From Octopus vulgaris (taxonomy: Eukaryota), in assembly GCA_951406725.2 (NCBI GenBank), contig OX597814.1:34472001-34536000 (forward strand): DNA of 64,000 nucleotides. The letters run 5' to 3'. Position 1 is the stretch's first letter. Every line of letters starts with the position of its first letter. The notes beneath the pieces are model-generated. The model did no database searches. It was not told the origin of the DNA and was given only the letters and a program-made list of their open reading frames with translations. Made by a program: the position numbers and the translations under genes. Below, one piece after another: positions 13,904 to 27,039 of the stretch.

Positions 13904-14128
13904 TATGTATGTGTGTGTATATATTTGTGTGTGTGTGTTTGTCTCCCCTACATCGCTTGACAAACGATGCTGGTGTGTTTACGTCCCCGTAACTTAGCGG
14001 TTCGGCAAAACAGACCGATAGAATAGGTACTAGGATTACAAAAAATAAGTCCTGCGGTCGATTTGCTCGACTAAAAGGCGGTGCTTTAGCATGGCCGCAG
14101 CCAAATGATTGAAACAAGTAAAAGAGTA
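13644..14128 (+). mobile_element. SINE family B (tRNA-like head, CORE-like ccttgggcaagt, internal (TA)n, tail ...gaaacaagtaaaagag)
   Basis: A-box-like tggctatgtagtaag and B-box-like gggttcagtccc; collinear with the copies at 27487, 37611 and 45709. Confidence 0.88.
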
Positions 14129-14129
14129 A

Positions 14130-14182
14130 GTATCGCTAAGCATTTCGCCCGGCGTGCTAACGTTTCTGCCAGCTCGCTGCCT
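14130..14182 (-). mobile_element. SINE family A 5' head fragment, inverted
   Basis: Reverse complement reads ggcagcgagctggcagaaacgttagcacgccgggcgaaatgcttagcg. Confidence 0.8.
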
Positions 14183-14515
14183 TAAAACATGAATTAAGTA
14201 TTGGATATATTTTGTTTGTTAACATCAGATAGTACCATCAAAAAGCTTATAGTGTAACTCTGTTCCTTATTCAATAAATTGCCGAGAGAAATTATTCAAT
14301 ATTAACCCGCCAGACTAATGTTCTCTTGTACACAAAGCATTGATTATTTCTAATTAGTTTTCAATGCTCTTGTCATTAAATATAGTTTCACTAAATCTAC
14401 TCCTCTCAACTACCGGATCACTCTATCAATTATCCTCTCTTAAGATCTCAGCGATGTAGAGTTAGAGAAGAATAGTTACAGTGGGAAGTTAAACTGTAAA
14501 TGCTTTCAAGATATA

Positions 14516-14984
14516 CAACTTAAGCAATCGATTTTGTACTTTCGTTTCCAAAGAACTGGCTAATTTTGGTTAAACAAAGTTATGTGGAACGCCAAGAGTT
14601 ATGATTGTTAAATATTTCCGGGCACTGCGTTATATCGGCGTAAAAATAAACTAATTTCTAGAAAGGGGTCTACTAATTTAAGGAGAAAACTTTTAGCATA
14701 GAAGAAGTAACCGAATCAGATACTAAAAAGGTTATAAGACGGTACAGAGAAAAGTTCATAAGATGGTGTACCATCATATGAACTATTGGTATCTGATTCG
14801 GTTTTATTTTCTGTCTACGTTAATATATATATATTTTTAGGAATCAGTTTATTTTGATGGTGACATAATATAGTGCTAAGAACTGCTTGATATTCATACA
14901 ACATGACGTTTCATGTATTTTCGCTTAACCAAAATTTCGCCAGTTTTTTGCGAACAGAAATACAAAATCGATTGCTCAACGTGT
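14516..14984. mobile_element. Palindromic (fold-back) MITE-like element, ~470 bp
   Basis: Nested inverted matches agcaatcgattttgta/tacaaaatcgattgct, aattttggttaa/ttaaccaaaatt, aaaataaact/agtttatttt and aaccgaatcagatac/gtatctgattcggtt; centre agttcataagatgg-ccatcatatgaact. Confidence 0.8.
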
Positions 14985-15377
14985 TGGAATAATTTGTTTG
15001 AAGAACAACTCTAAAGTTTCGAAACTGGAGAGTGGTATTTTTGCGCTTGACCTGTCAAAAAGTTTGGGGTTATAATAACTTAGCTGTAAGTCTACATATC
15101 TTTGGAAATTCACTTGCGGAATAAGCAGACTGAATTTATATACACATAAAAATCTAAATTGTTGTGACTTAGTGATATTCATATCACTCGCTAGAATATT
15201 CAAAGAGTTGGTGCCTGTGAAAAAATGTTCAACTCTAAATCCTAAACAGATTCGCATAGAACTCTACGGTGTTCGATTAATACGATATTTTGTAATTGTA
15301 TTTCTTTCATGAATTATATCAACCATATTTTTTATTTAAGTACCATATGTTAGCGGAAACTTACTGTATTTAAGGTC

Positions 15378-15497
15378 GTATCCAGGGATACAGGCATCCA
15401 GCAACAGGACCTCCGTAATGCCATGATGGACCGTGAAGTCTGGCGTAGCATGGTAAATTCCATTGTCTCGACCACGGTCGAACAATGATGATGATGA
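15378..15497 (+). mobile_element. RTE-clade LINE extreme 3' end with (TGA)n tail
   Basis: Encodes RDTGIQQQDLRNAMMDREVWRSMV, an RTE-type C-terminus, followed by tgatgatgatga. Confidence 0.8.
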
Positions 15498-16012
15498 AGG
15501 TCGTACTTTTGTCTTTTATGTTGAAATTCAATGTGTAACGACTTTACCTTTCCTGTCGACGAGGTCAATAAATTAGGTACTAGTAATATAACAGAATCAA
15601 TTCAGTAAACTATTAGAAAATTGTAACAAAAATACCAATGGAAGAAATATTTACATATTTACACACACGAAGGCACACATATTTACAATTCTTTTTAAAA
15701 ACATTTACAAAGGCATTTGACAGTACATTTATCTTGATACACGAGCACATATTAATTTATTCATCTATTCATCCATCTGTATATACAAATATCTATACGC
15801 AAATACACACATGCATAAATACATAGTCAGAGGTTTTGTTTCTTCAGAATACCAGTGTTACCACATGACGCTCTGTTCGTTCTAAAACAATAAGCAATGC
15901 CGCTCCTTGAAACAACTGCTCTGACATATAGAAAGAATTCTATGGATTGTGTTCCACGTGTTCCACAAAAATATTTTTAGGAACGTAGCTGTGCAAATAC
16001 AAGAGAGTCCCT

Positions 16013-16200
16013 CTATGTAGCCTTTCGATCTGCTAGAAATAGCAGTCAAATCTCTCTCGCGCTCTCTCTCTCTCCATCTCTTTCAAAACACACTCCATAA
16101 AATGTAGTCCTTGGTCCCTTAAAAGATGGAATGGTCATGACTAGGATACCTTTGGTCATGTTCAATGAAGGTTAACCTGGGGTTAGACAACAGCAACAAT
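16013..16200 (+). repeat. Old interspersed-repeat tail (ctgctagaaatagcag...cctggggttagacaacagcaacaa)
   Basis: Diverged relatives near 23860-24030, 28740-28795, 37380-37540 and 40270-40460. Confidence 0.55.
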
Positions 16201-16659
16201 GAATAGAACGCGACATAATTTCGTGAGACAAAACGATGTACTGGTGTAGAGATCGGTTGCTGAGTTGATGTAAACATTTCCTAAATGACAAGAATAATTG
16301 CTTTGAATAACACAACTTCTTTACCTAGAATATAATCTTACGTTGGGAACTGTTATCTTTTGAGTATTCGGTGCAGCTAAATGCTTAATAATTCTGAAAA
16401 TTTAGGCTTTTCTGCAAAGTAAAATGCCAAAGTAAGGGGGACTGTAAGAATACACAAGGCTTTACTAAAGTTTAAAATATAACTTTGCACTGAGATTTTT
16501 TCAGCGTAAATTCCAATGATAGTTTTGTTTTTTAGTTAAAAACTGGAATTTTTCTTCAAAGAATTGATTAAAAGAATATAAAGGGAAAAAGTAGTAGAGA
16601 AGTATGGTTAAGTTTAATGGTTCAAAGCAGTGAAATATTTAGAATTTCTTATATGTGCA

Positions 16660-17095
16660 TAGGCGTAGGCTTGGCTGTGTGGCTAAAAAGCACGATTTAC
16701 AATTGCATGGTTTCGGGTACAGCTCCCCTGCTCAGCACCTTGGGTGTTTTCTTCTATAGCCATGGGCCGAATAATGTCAAGTGACTGAATTTGGTCGACA
16801 TATGCACGTCGTAGTAAATGTATGTGTATGTCTATGTGTAAGTGTATGTCTATGTCTATGTGTAAGTGTATACATAATGTGTATGTGTGTGAATGTATGT
16901 GTGTGTGTGTGTTTGATTTGGCGACTGATATTGGTCTGTTTGTACCTCTGTAATTTAGCACTATAGGAAAAGAGTCCAATAGAATAAGTACCAAGTTTAA
17001 AAAATAAGTACTGCTGTCGATTTCTTTGATTAAAAGCCTTGAAAAATGTTGCCCTAGCATGGCCATAGTTCAGTAACTGAAACAAGTAAAAGATA
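16660..17095 (+). mobile_element. SINE family B, diverged full-length copy
   Basis: aggcgtaggcttggctgtgtgg head and ctgaaacaagtaaaaga tail. Confidence 0.75.
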
Positions 17096-17891
17096 AGTAC
17101 AACTGTCCGAAATTCTTTTCGTGTGGATTATACATATATTATGCCGATGACGTCTATTTTGCATGAGTATTTCGAGACGTCAGCTGTGTACAAAATTATT
17201 TCTCCGAAACATTTCCCATAACCTCTGCAAAAATATCCGCCCACACACTCACGTACACATGGACACACAAATACACATGCATATGGTATGCATAAAAAGC
17301 ATCCAAAAACTGCTGAAGTATTTTAGTAAACAGAAATATCATTTCATTTTATTGATTAAATAAATTTAATTATAATTTCACTAATATCCTGAACGATTTG
17401 ATAAATAAAATGTTTTGATTGAACCAAGTGATAAACAATTATTTTCAGTTTTCTTTAGACATTACAATGCCAGACTCATTGTTTTCTTCCTTTTCTTTCC
17501 TACTTTTTTCTTCTTCTTGCAGTATTAAAATAATAGAAGCAACAATAGTAGAGACTGTTCACGTATCAGAAATGTCAGAAAAATTATGCAGGTTAAACTT
17601 TCTCATCAGATTAAGATTTGTTCATTTAAATGTCAGATACTTATTAACTTCTTAATTTCTACAGTCGACATAATTGCAGAAGGAAGATGTTTAGATAAAA
17701 GAAGCAAATTCTTACATTGCCAAAGTTAAATGATGAAGTAGAGAGATAAATATGGAGGACGGCGTGCAGACGACACAGACACGCTGTTTCCCATGTACGC
17801 ACACATATAACATATGCACACAAGCCAATCACATATAACATATATACACACATGCCAATCACATCTGCCTGTCAGTAGGTCTATCTGTCTA

Positions 17892-18112
<221 letters not shown>

Positions 18113-21100
18113 TTAGGTATCTCATTTCTCTTTACACATTCTTTTACGTACATGGTGTATTTGTATTCTCTTTGTGCATAATCTCCCCGTGAGCTATTTA
18201 GTTTTTATATCTACTTCTCCATCTGACGTTATTTTCTTCTAGTCCTTCTTCCCGACCTTCTGTTTCTGGCGCAGCTATAAACATTTAATGTATATTATAC
18301 ACGTACATACATAGCAAGCATAGTTTAATACACGCAAAAACACTTTCTAAGAAATACGTCGATATTTACAGCTTCAAATAACCGTTTTATATTTTGTTTG
18401 TGGAACATAACCATTAGTCTAAATCATTTAACCTTGGAATAGGCCAGTTACAATGTAGGTCATTTTGGCGAGATGTAGGTTAAAAGAATTAACCTACAAA
18501 GTTGATAGGTCAAACGAGTGATTGAAATATGTTGGTGCGTACTTGTCCGTATGTTTATTTGTTTCTTTTCAAATAGCATCAGTGTGTTAGGAAGATACTA
18601 AATAAATTGACCAAACGGTTGCTACAACAAATGACCCTAATTTTCTTTAATAATCAACACATTTTCCCCCCTTCTTTACAAATAACGTAACGTATGTCAG
18701 GCGGAATTATAGTAATTCCCTTGTAGGCTTTTGGCATCTACGACCTAGCACTTTAATAGTCAAATATACAATACATTCAATAGACTGAATACTCGTTATT
18801 TTATTAAATGATGAAATAAATTGGTGATAAATGTTTTCAACTTTAGAAAATGTCAATTAATTGTGTGCATTTCCACAACGAATTAAATGGTTGCATTAAC
18901 CGTTGGAAAATTTATCTAGTAAGCGTATCTGGCGTAAGTCAGCTTAGTGGTGCTTTTCTTCATGGCGTTTACGGCATGAACTTACACTTGCATGGTTTAA
19001 GCTCCGTCGCGTCGCCTACGCCGCGCCTTCCCGGCGCGGCGGAGTGCGCTCATGGCGGACGCCGCCGGACCCGCGCGCGGCCTTCTTTAATTTCACTTTA
19101 ATTTCACTTTAATTTTAGGCTCATAGAAGTGTTTACCTTTGTTCATTTTTTTTATCTAGGAAACCTCACAATGGTTCAGTAAATCTTCGGAATCATGTAT
19201 TGTTTAATCGCTAGTTTTGTGACCTCAGTTCATTTTCTTCTCATATTCATTGAAATGTAAATTCTAAGACTGTACATACGTTTCGTTGGTGAATAAAATA
19301 ATGCCATATTATCGAGGTATTCTCTCTAAGTTAAACTGATTAAAGTAAAAAATTCTGATTGAGAAACTACTGTAGATGACACTCCGTTTATATCTACGCT
19401 AATAAGTTCCATAAAGCATATTGAAATCAGTTATTGCTTACTTGACCTCAATAAAAAGATCTTCACATATGATATCCTAGCGAATAAGTCTTTTCATATA
19501 CATCCGTATCCTAGTGAATAAGTCTTCTCATATCGTAAAGTGTACCGCATTCTACATACATATATAGCCCACTAAGCCGTTTTAAATATATTTGTTGTCT
19601 CATCTACAACCTTCGAATAAAACAAACATTGCTACGTTGCTTGTTTCAAGGATACTTAGATATCGTTTTTACACCGTCAGAGACTTTCTTTCGCGGCAAA
19701 TCAATATTCTGATGTAATCTGACTTCTTTGAGTTAAAATTCGTGTAACAACAATTATACACTCTATAACAAACACATTGTTCAATGAAGTTTCACTTAAT
19801 TTGCAATAAAGCTCAAATACGCCATCACTTATGTTACGGAATTATTTTCATCAAAACGTCTTCTGAAAATAGGTTGCTTTTATTTTCAATGACCCTTTTA
19901 ATTATAGTTACCCAAACGTAGAGATCATTCAGCTCTTCGTATTTTTTTTATGCCTGATCTAATAGTGAGGGTGAACATACACCTATACAAAATTTCTATT
20001 TAACGTAATTAAATTATCTTTCCGTTTCTCATCGAAGAAAGAAGTATCGTCAGCAATTGCCTTCACGAGCTTTGAAGAAGGGAATACTTTAACACGTTTT
20101 ACAATATTGAATTTAAATATTTAATAGAAACATGCTCAAGCACAAATGAACCACAAAATACAAATGCTAATTATCTGTTATGAATTTCTGACTATTAAAC
20201 AAATAAATTCGTATGCAGTTTGACTGATGATTAATGTCACAAGACAAGTACGGCGGTTAACAATTTTTTATGCCTTAAGTAGTGTTAGTAGTGGTAGTGT
20301 TTTGGTCTTATAGATATAACTATGTTTTTCTTATATGGATATTTGGATAGCTTTGTTGGTAGGCAATTTCAAATGTGACTGCGGGCGCAGGGTGCCTCAT
20401 TCTTGGTTTTTAGAGAGGAAGGTCGGCAGCCATTATATTTGCCATTGAGTTTGAAACTGATTGAGGAAAGAGAAGAAACTACGACTCGTGTTGTTGCAGT
20501 AGGATGTAGAACACCATGATATCAATTTATCCTCTAACCAGAAACTAAACTTGCCCTTCTTTAAGTAACAGTTAATTCAATTTTATTTATTGTGGTCCAA
20601 GAGAGAGTATTAAATTTCCGTCTAAGTCGCAAAAATAAACTCAAGATATATTTAAATTTCGTTTTTCTAAAAATATTTCATTTCCTTTTAGTGATTGTTA
20701 AACTAAGATTGAACGGTAAATAATATGGCTTACATTTTCAAAGTGCTGTGTAAATATATAAAGCAAAGTAAAGAGTGAAATAATTACAGGCTTTGGATTA
20801 TACCAGTTTACGCGTATTGCACTTATTGCTGCGCAGTTAATCTAAAAATCGATTTTGATTCTTATACTTGAATGTTGTTATAGGCTTTTATATTGTCTTT
20901 TGATGTTAGATCGAGATCGAAATCCCATTGTGAAAACGTTTTCTCGTTATTCTGTCAATGAAAGTGGTATCTTCCGATATTCATCATTCGATTGATTCTC
21001 TTAGGTCATTTTTAAGAAACACAATTCTTCCTGTCTTTAGACTCAATAATTGAATTTTCTTTTAAGTTTGATTAAATTTCACTAGTGAGCAGGACCATAG

Positions 21101-21287
21101 CAAAGCAGCAATTATAATTCTGTCTCCTCATTTCAAACCCTGTTGAAGTCCATTTTGCTTTTCCTGTCTCCGTTACGAGATATTATGTATCAGTCATACA
21201 TTGCAGTCGATTAAAATTTCCCATTTTGTTAAGGACAAAATATCAAAGAAAATGCAACAATTGTAAGTAACATATTTGTGAGGTAGT

Positions 21288-21403
21288 TTAATCAGGTTTT
21301 TCTCCATAAGCATGATAATTCCCTTTCATGCTTAGGGAGGAATTTCTTGAAATTATCCCCCCTTTGCTTTGAGAGTCGCTAACATTTGCTATTTTCTGTC
21401 TTC
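21288..21403 (-). CDS. Candidate terminal coding exon of an unidentified gene
   Basis: Acceptor gtttcttttcattgcag| then open frame (G)RQKIANVSDSQSKGGIISRNSSLSMKGNYHAYGEKPD*; no recognisable homology. Confidence 0.22.
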
Positions 21404-21509
21404 CTGCAATGAAAAGAAACGTTTCAAATAATTCAGAAGATTTTTGCATACACCAAACACCGATGCACATATAAATATTAATTAATTATCTGTATTTGCA
21501 CATGTGTGT

Positions 21510-21556
<47 letters not shown>

Positions 21557-22380
21557 TGTATATGGTGTTGAGCGTGTGCGTGTGTGTATTGAAAACGGAG
21601 GCTATATTCCATCACTCCTTTTAGTTTCCTCTATCTGTCACTCAGAATAACGATGCCATGAGGTCTCAGCTTCCCTTAGATATATACTATTACACGTATA
21701 TGTACTTTCTTCTCTTACTTGTGTATATACACACATATAGCTATGAAGCGAGACAGGGTAATAGGACTCTAATTTTCAAAAGATAACATAAATATGAAAT
21801 GATGTTATAATAATTTTTATATCTTGTATCTCTCCGATTATGTAGTAATAATACAGGCGTGTACAATTACTTAAATATTTTGGGTAATGTTTCAGTCTTT
21901 GACTATTCGAGAAAAATATACAGAAAGAAAATAAAGCACAAGAAAAAAAAAACCACGTTTCTAGAATTTTTTCCCATTGTAATAATAAGCAAATGTAGTA
22001 AACATAAAAGGTAAAATTGTGCTGTTTCATCTGTCTTTTGTTTCTCTTTTTTTTTTTTGCTTTATTATTCAACATACAGACACCATCTTAATGTCATTGC
22101 AACCGTTTTTGAAGTTTGACATTTTCAGTACTACTGTTTCCAATTAACTATAATATCGTAATAATTGTATTCGTTTTCTCTATTCTCTGTATTCTGTTTG
22201 TCCACACATGGAACATTTTAGACAGACAATTGTACTTCTGTGGCTAGATACGAAACTCAACAAACAAAAATATAAAGGAGTGGGAGCATAAAAATAGACT
22301 GCTAAAGGCTGAGATTAAGGGATTAACCATTTCTTTTTATAACAGAACTAGCTTTACCACCAATATTATTGTTGACACTA

Positions 22381-22840
22381 AGGCGGCAAGCTAGTAGAGT
22401 TGTTAGTACGGCAGGTGAAATGCTTAGCGGTATTTCGTCCGCGGCGAGCTGGCAGAAACGTTAGCACGCCGGGCTAAATGATTTGCGGTATTTCGTCTGC
22501 CGTTACGTTCTGAGTTCAAATTCCGCCGAGGTCGACTTTGCCTTTCATCCTTTCGGGGTCGATAAATTAAAGTACCAGTTACGCACTGGGGTCGATGTAA
22601 TCGACTTAATATCTATGTCTGTCCTTGTTTGTCCCCTCTATGTTTAGCCCCTTGTGGGTAATAAAGAAATAGGTATTTCATCCGTCATTACTTTCTGAGT
22701 TCCAATTCCACCGAGGTCGATTTTGCTTTGCATCCTTTCGGAGACGATAAAATAAGTAATAGTTGATCACTGGGGTCGATGTAATCGACTTAGCCCCCAC
22801 CCCGCTTCCCGAACTTTTGGCCGTATTCCAAAATTCAAAC
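22381..22840 (+). mobile_element. SINE family A copy containing a second, younger family-A SINE (22441-22671)
   Basis: Two heads; ggtatttcgtcc (22429-22440) and ggtatttcatcc (22672-22683) flank the inner copy. Confidence 0.85.
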
Positions 22841-24234
22841 CCCAAATTGTCGCTAAGACTATCACACCCACAATCAACGTCACTACTACCAACATCAAAC
22901 CATCGCTACTATCAGAGTCACCACTACCACTCCTCCACAGTGTCACCACTACCTTCACCACTAATATTACCATCATCACTACTATCACTGCAATTCTCCT
23001 ACATCTCAACCGTTATCGACACAGTCATAATCCTTCTCGCCAAAACAACCATTAGCGCTACTACAGCCATCTCAATCCTCATTATAATACAATCACCACT
23101 CCTGAAATCATCCACTACCACAGTAACTTCGCTGCTATCATTATCATTACGAAGAATCAGTTGATGAGTTTATGAAAGTGTCAAAATGGTCGCACGAACA
23201 AATTACATATTGTGGTCGGAGAAATACTATACTGGATGGTCACGGCTAGAATGCCAACAACAATATAGATCAGTTCAGCCTACTCAGGAACTTTTATATG
23301 GTCCCTCGACTCACTACGGAAAGCAATTAAATGTCCTTCAAATTATGGTCTACAGTCTTGAAAAGGGAGGAACACATTCGATAATATATTCCCAAATATT
23401 ACACAATATCCGACGGATGGAAAGCAAGATCATATATAGAATATTTTTCATTATGGATACAATCAATCAGAGTAGACCTGGGGTTAAAAAACATTAGTCA
23501 CTAAAAGTTACACTTATACCACTGTAAATGTAATTTTCTTCTTGTTTGATGAACTCCCTGACCTTTTAAAGAATTCGTTTCCACATTACGAATTACCGAA
23601 TCACAAAAAAATTATTGTGATAATACCCTTCAGTAGAACTTCATCTTGGTTCATTACAGTTATTGTCATGTTTGACATTGCAAATCCACTTTTTGTGTCA
23701 GTGTTGTCTGGTGTCACATCCTCTATGTTATTAGCAGAAATTAAATCTATATCCGACACCCTTCCTAGCATTGAAAACTTAGTCTTCAATACATGCAAAC
23801 GCGTTTATTCTAATATGAATCTATTCACACAGCAGAGAATAATTTCAATTGCTTGTATTGTTGTTGTTTAGCCTCTGGCTAATACTGATAAAACAGTCCA
23901 ATGATCAAATTTTTTCAGACAGAGCATATTAATGTTGTTCTATAAAATTACTAAAAAAAAAAAAAAAAAAATAAATAAAAAAATTCGGGTGTAATGTAAG
24001 GCAGATTTGATTGCAGGTTGAATGAACATTCAGAATTTATCCCATTGGTTCGTAGCTCTCTCGTAAGTTGGTTGTGAAGGTCGATGTTGAAGTTGGTGGT
24101 GGGGATTATGTGATTTTGTTGCTGAACAGAAAGATGAATGTAGCAATAGTCGATTTAACACAGTTAAAATCGCGTTACCGAATAGAGGTTGAGCGGTCAA
24201 CTGTACAGTCTGTGTGTATATATATATCTTTTAT

Positions 24235-24680
24235 ATTTTATTTGTTTCTGTCATTGAACTGTGGCTGTACTGGGGCATCACCTTGGAAGGTATATTAGAA
24301 CAAACTGACCCCAGCATTTATTTTTTTTTAAGTCTGGTACTTATTCTATCAGTCTCTTGCCAAGCTGCTAATTTATCAGGATATAAACAAACCAATACCG
24401 GTTGTCAAGCGGTAGTGAGAGGCAAGCATAACACAAACACAAACACACCCACGCACACACACACATACACACACACTTTCTCTCTCCCTCGTTCCCTCTC
24501 TCGTCTCTCGCATACACACATGCACTAACATGTGCATACGATGCGTTTTCTCAGAGTTTCAGTTTACCAGATTTAATCATAAGGCGTTGGATGACCCGGG
24601 GCTATAAATGCAGACACTTGCCCAAGGTGCTGTGTAATTGTTCTGAACCAGAAACTACGTGGTTGCAAAATGAGCTTCAA
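24235..24680 (-). mobile_element. SINE family B, diverged
   Basis: gacacttgcccaaggtgc (reverse complement of the CORE-like block) and tail homology at 24240-24440. Confidence 0.7.
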
Positions 24681-26309
24681 TACTCCTGGATTTCGCATTC
24701 CTTATAAATATCTGAAAATTAATCCTTCGTTTAATGTTTGCTTATATATCTAATGTTAATAAAACACTTGTTGCAATTAATAAATAACGGTTATAAATAA
24801 ATAATGACTACTGGAATTTATATAGTGTAACGTACAGAAACTGATACCACTACTCCTGCTTCTAGTAATATGTTGGTAAGTAATAAGCAAGGTACCAATA
24901 GAAGTTTGGAGCAAACAAACAAATGTATACATTTCAGTCATGCTCTGTTTTCACTTAGAGTGGATACTGGCGAGAATGCATCTTTAAAACGCACTTTACA
25001 TGCATAATGGTATTTACTAACAACTAATATCCATTTCTAAATTTTATTAAAATCTAACTAAACTGCAGTCATTCTGAAAATCTATGTAATATTTTGTTTC
25101 TATTTAACTTTCAATTCACTCTTAAGCCAAGATAGTTTTATATAAAAAAAATAGACAACCCATTAGTATTTAACTTATTTATGTATAATGTCGCAGATCA
25201 GACAGCTCCGGATCAGTACTTTCTTTCACAGAAGATCATAATTGATTTTCTCTGTTTAACAGAGAGTAAGCATATATTAGTATGTCGAATTATTCTCATA
25301 AACAACTAGAGAACTCTCAACGAAGCAATAACATTAAAATAGTACATGTTTAGCTTAATAACTTCTGCCTGAGCCACATGGTTCATTCGATCAGAAACAT
25401 TGAAAATTTAACACTCTGTCGTTTCTATAATAATTTCTAAAAGGAAACAAATGATTTACTGGGAAAGTTCTAGATTAACTTAGTGGATATTAATTTGATA
25501 AGATTATCTTTGACATAAAATTCAAAACAAAAAATAATCGATATAATTCAGATATACACATATTTTCGATTTTATATCATAAAAGTTGACAGTATATTCT
25601 TGGTTTTCTCAATATCGACACATGTAGACGCCCATAGTAGACATGCAGGAAAAACCAAGCAGCTTTAAGCCCCAAACTGAATTTAAACTTGCAGTGAATA
25701 CTTTCACTATACGTCATTCTGGCAATGTTTAATAATCCAGAAATATATTTTCACTGCCCTTTACATCTTTGCTACCAGTCAAGTACTGCGGTCGATTTAA
25801 TATTTCTATAAAGCATCTTAAATGTTAATGGAATTATAATAGAAGACAAAAGCTGTGACTACTTTAGCAAATACTTTCATGCGAATACATTTTTATGCAG
25901 TTTTTATCCTTTAGATTATATAATGAAGGTTCTATTTAACATCTTAAATTCTTAAGATAATGTACCAGTGACTTTACAGACAAAACTAAATTTCTTAAAA
26001 CGAAGATTTCTGTAATTTAAGAACATTATTTATGAATCTATTCTCACATCACATGTAACTACTACTGTATATTCTAATGTATATTATACAAGTAGACCAC
26101 AGTTAAACTATCATTCACATGTGAACTTTAAAAAAAGACTAATATGAGAAGTTCCTCGTAAACACAAATAAAAATGGCACCAGGCTATAATATTTGGATT
26201 TTGGTTGCCAGAGTGAGACCATTCCTTCTCGAAAAAGAATCAGTTGATGCTTCTATATCGTACTTCATAGTAGGATTCATAGAAGAAGTTTCGTGGGAAT
26301 ATTGAATTC

Positions 26310-26832
26310 ACAAGCGGTCCCCGACATCTCGCATGCATATCCCGAGTGATGGGACGCCCTGTTTGCCGCGGAGTCTCCACAGACGCAGGTACAGAACAAC
26401 CTCGAAGCCGCCGGTTGCCGATCTGATGCCTCTTGGAATTTTCACTAGAGCCCCGTTGGCCAAGCTGCGGCCCTAATACCACTCGGTGCCAGACCAATCT
26501 GCCTTGGGTGGCCCAACCAGGAACCGAAGTTCCCGACGGCATAGCTCTGACACTGCCCGTTTACACCACCCTACCGCTTTGACGAGGGGTTGAACTTTAG
26601 GGCGGGCAGTTGAAGACCAGGGCAACGACGATAAAGGAGGACCTCTCCGAACTCTCAGGTCCGCAGGTAGTCGGTCGGCGCTGATGGAACCGCGAATGGC
26701 TCGCTATCTCCATTGACCTCGCACAGGACCTTCGATCGTGGGCTGCCATGGTTCGTGATCCGTCAGGACCAGAGAAGAAGCCGGCTCAACCCGCCCTGGG
26801 TGAACGCCGTCACAAGTACAAGTAAGTAAGTA
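26310..26832. mobile_element. RTE-clade LINE insertion: inverted 5'-UTR-like piece plus sense 3' end with (AAGT)n tail
   Basis: Plus strand encodes RTE-like C-terminus (RRWNREWL..DLAQD..EEAGSTRPG*) then caagtacaagtaagtaagta; 26310-26548 reads on the minus strand as gagctatgccgtcgggaacttcggttcctggttgggccacccaaggcag, resembling RTE 5' UTRs. Confidence 0.75.
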
Positions 26833-27039
26833 TATATTGTACTCTTCTATAGCCTTCGAGGGAGAAGTTAAGATCTGCAAAGTCTCGTTCGTTCTTGACA
26901 GGAGATATAAGATATTGTGCAGAGATACGATAGTATTTAAGTGCGAATACTTAAATAATATGCAAGAAACTTGAAAAAGTAATAATTTCGTCATCAAAAT
27001 CAAATTGAAAGCATGCATTCGAACAACAATAACAAATAC

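Noticed and set aside
17524-17592. Plus-strand exon candidate after a long polypyrimidine tract
   Set aside because: Weak donor (gttaaa), no homology and no partner exons.
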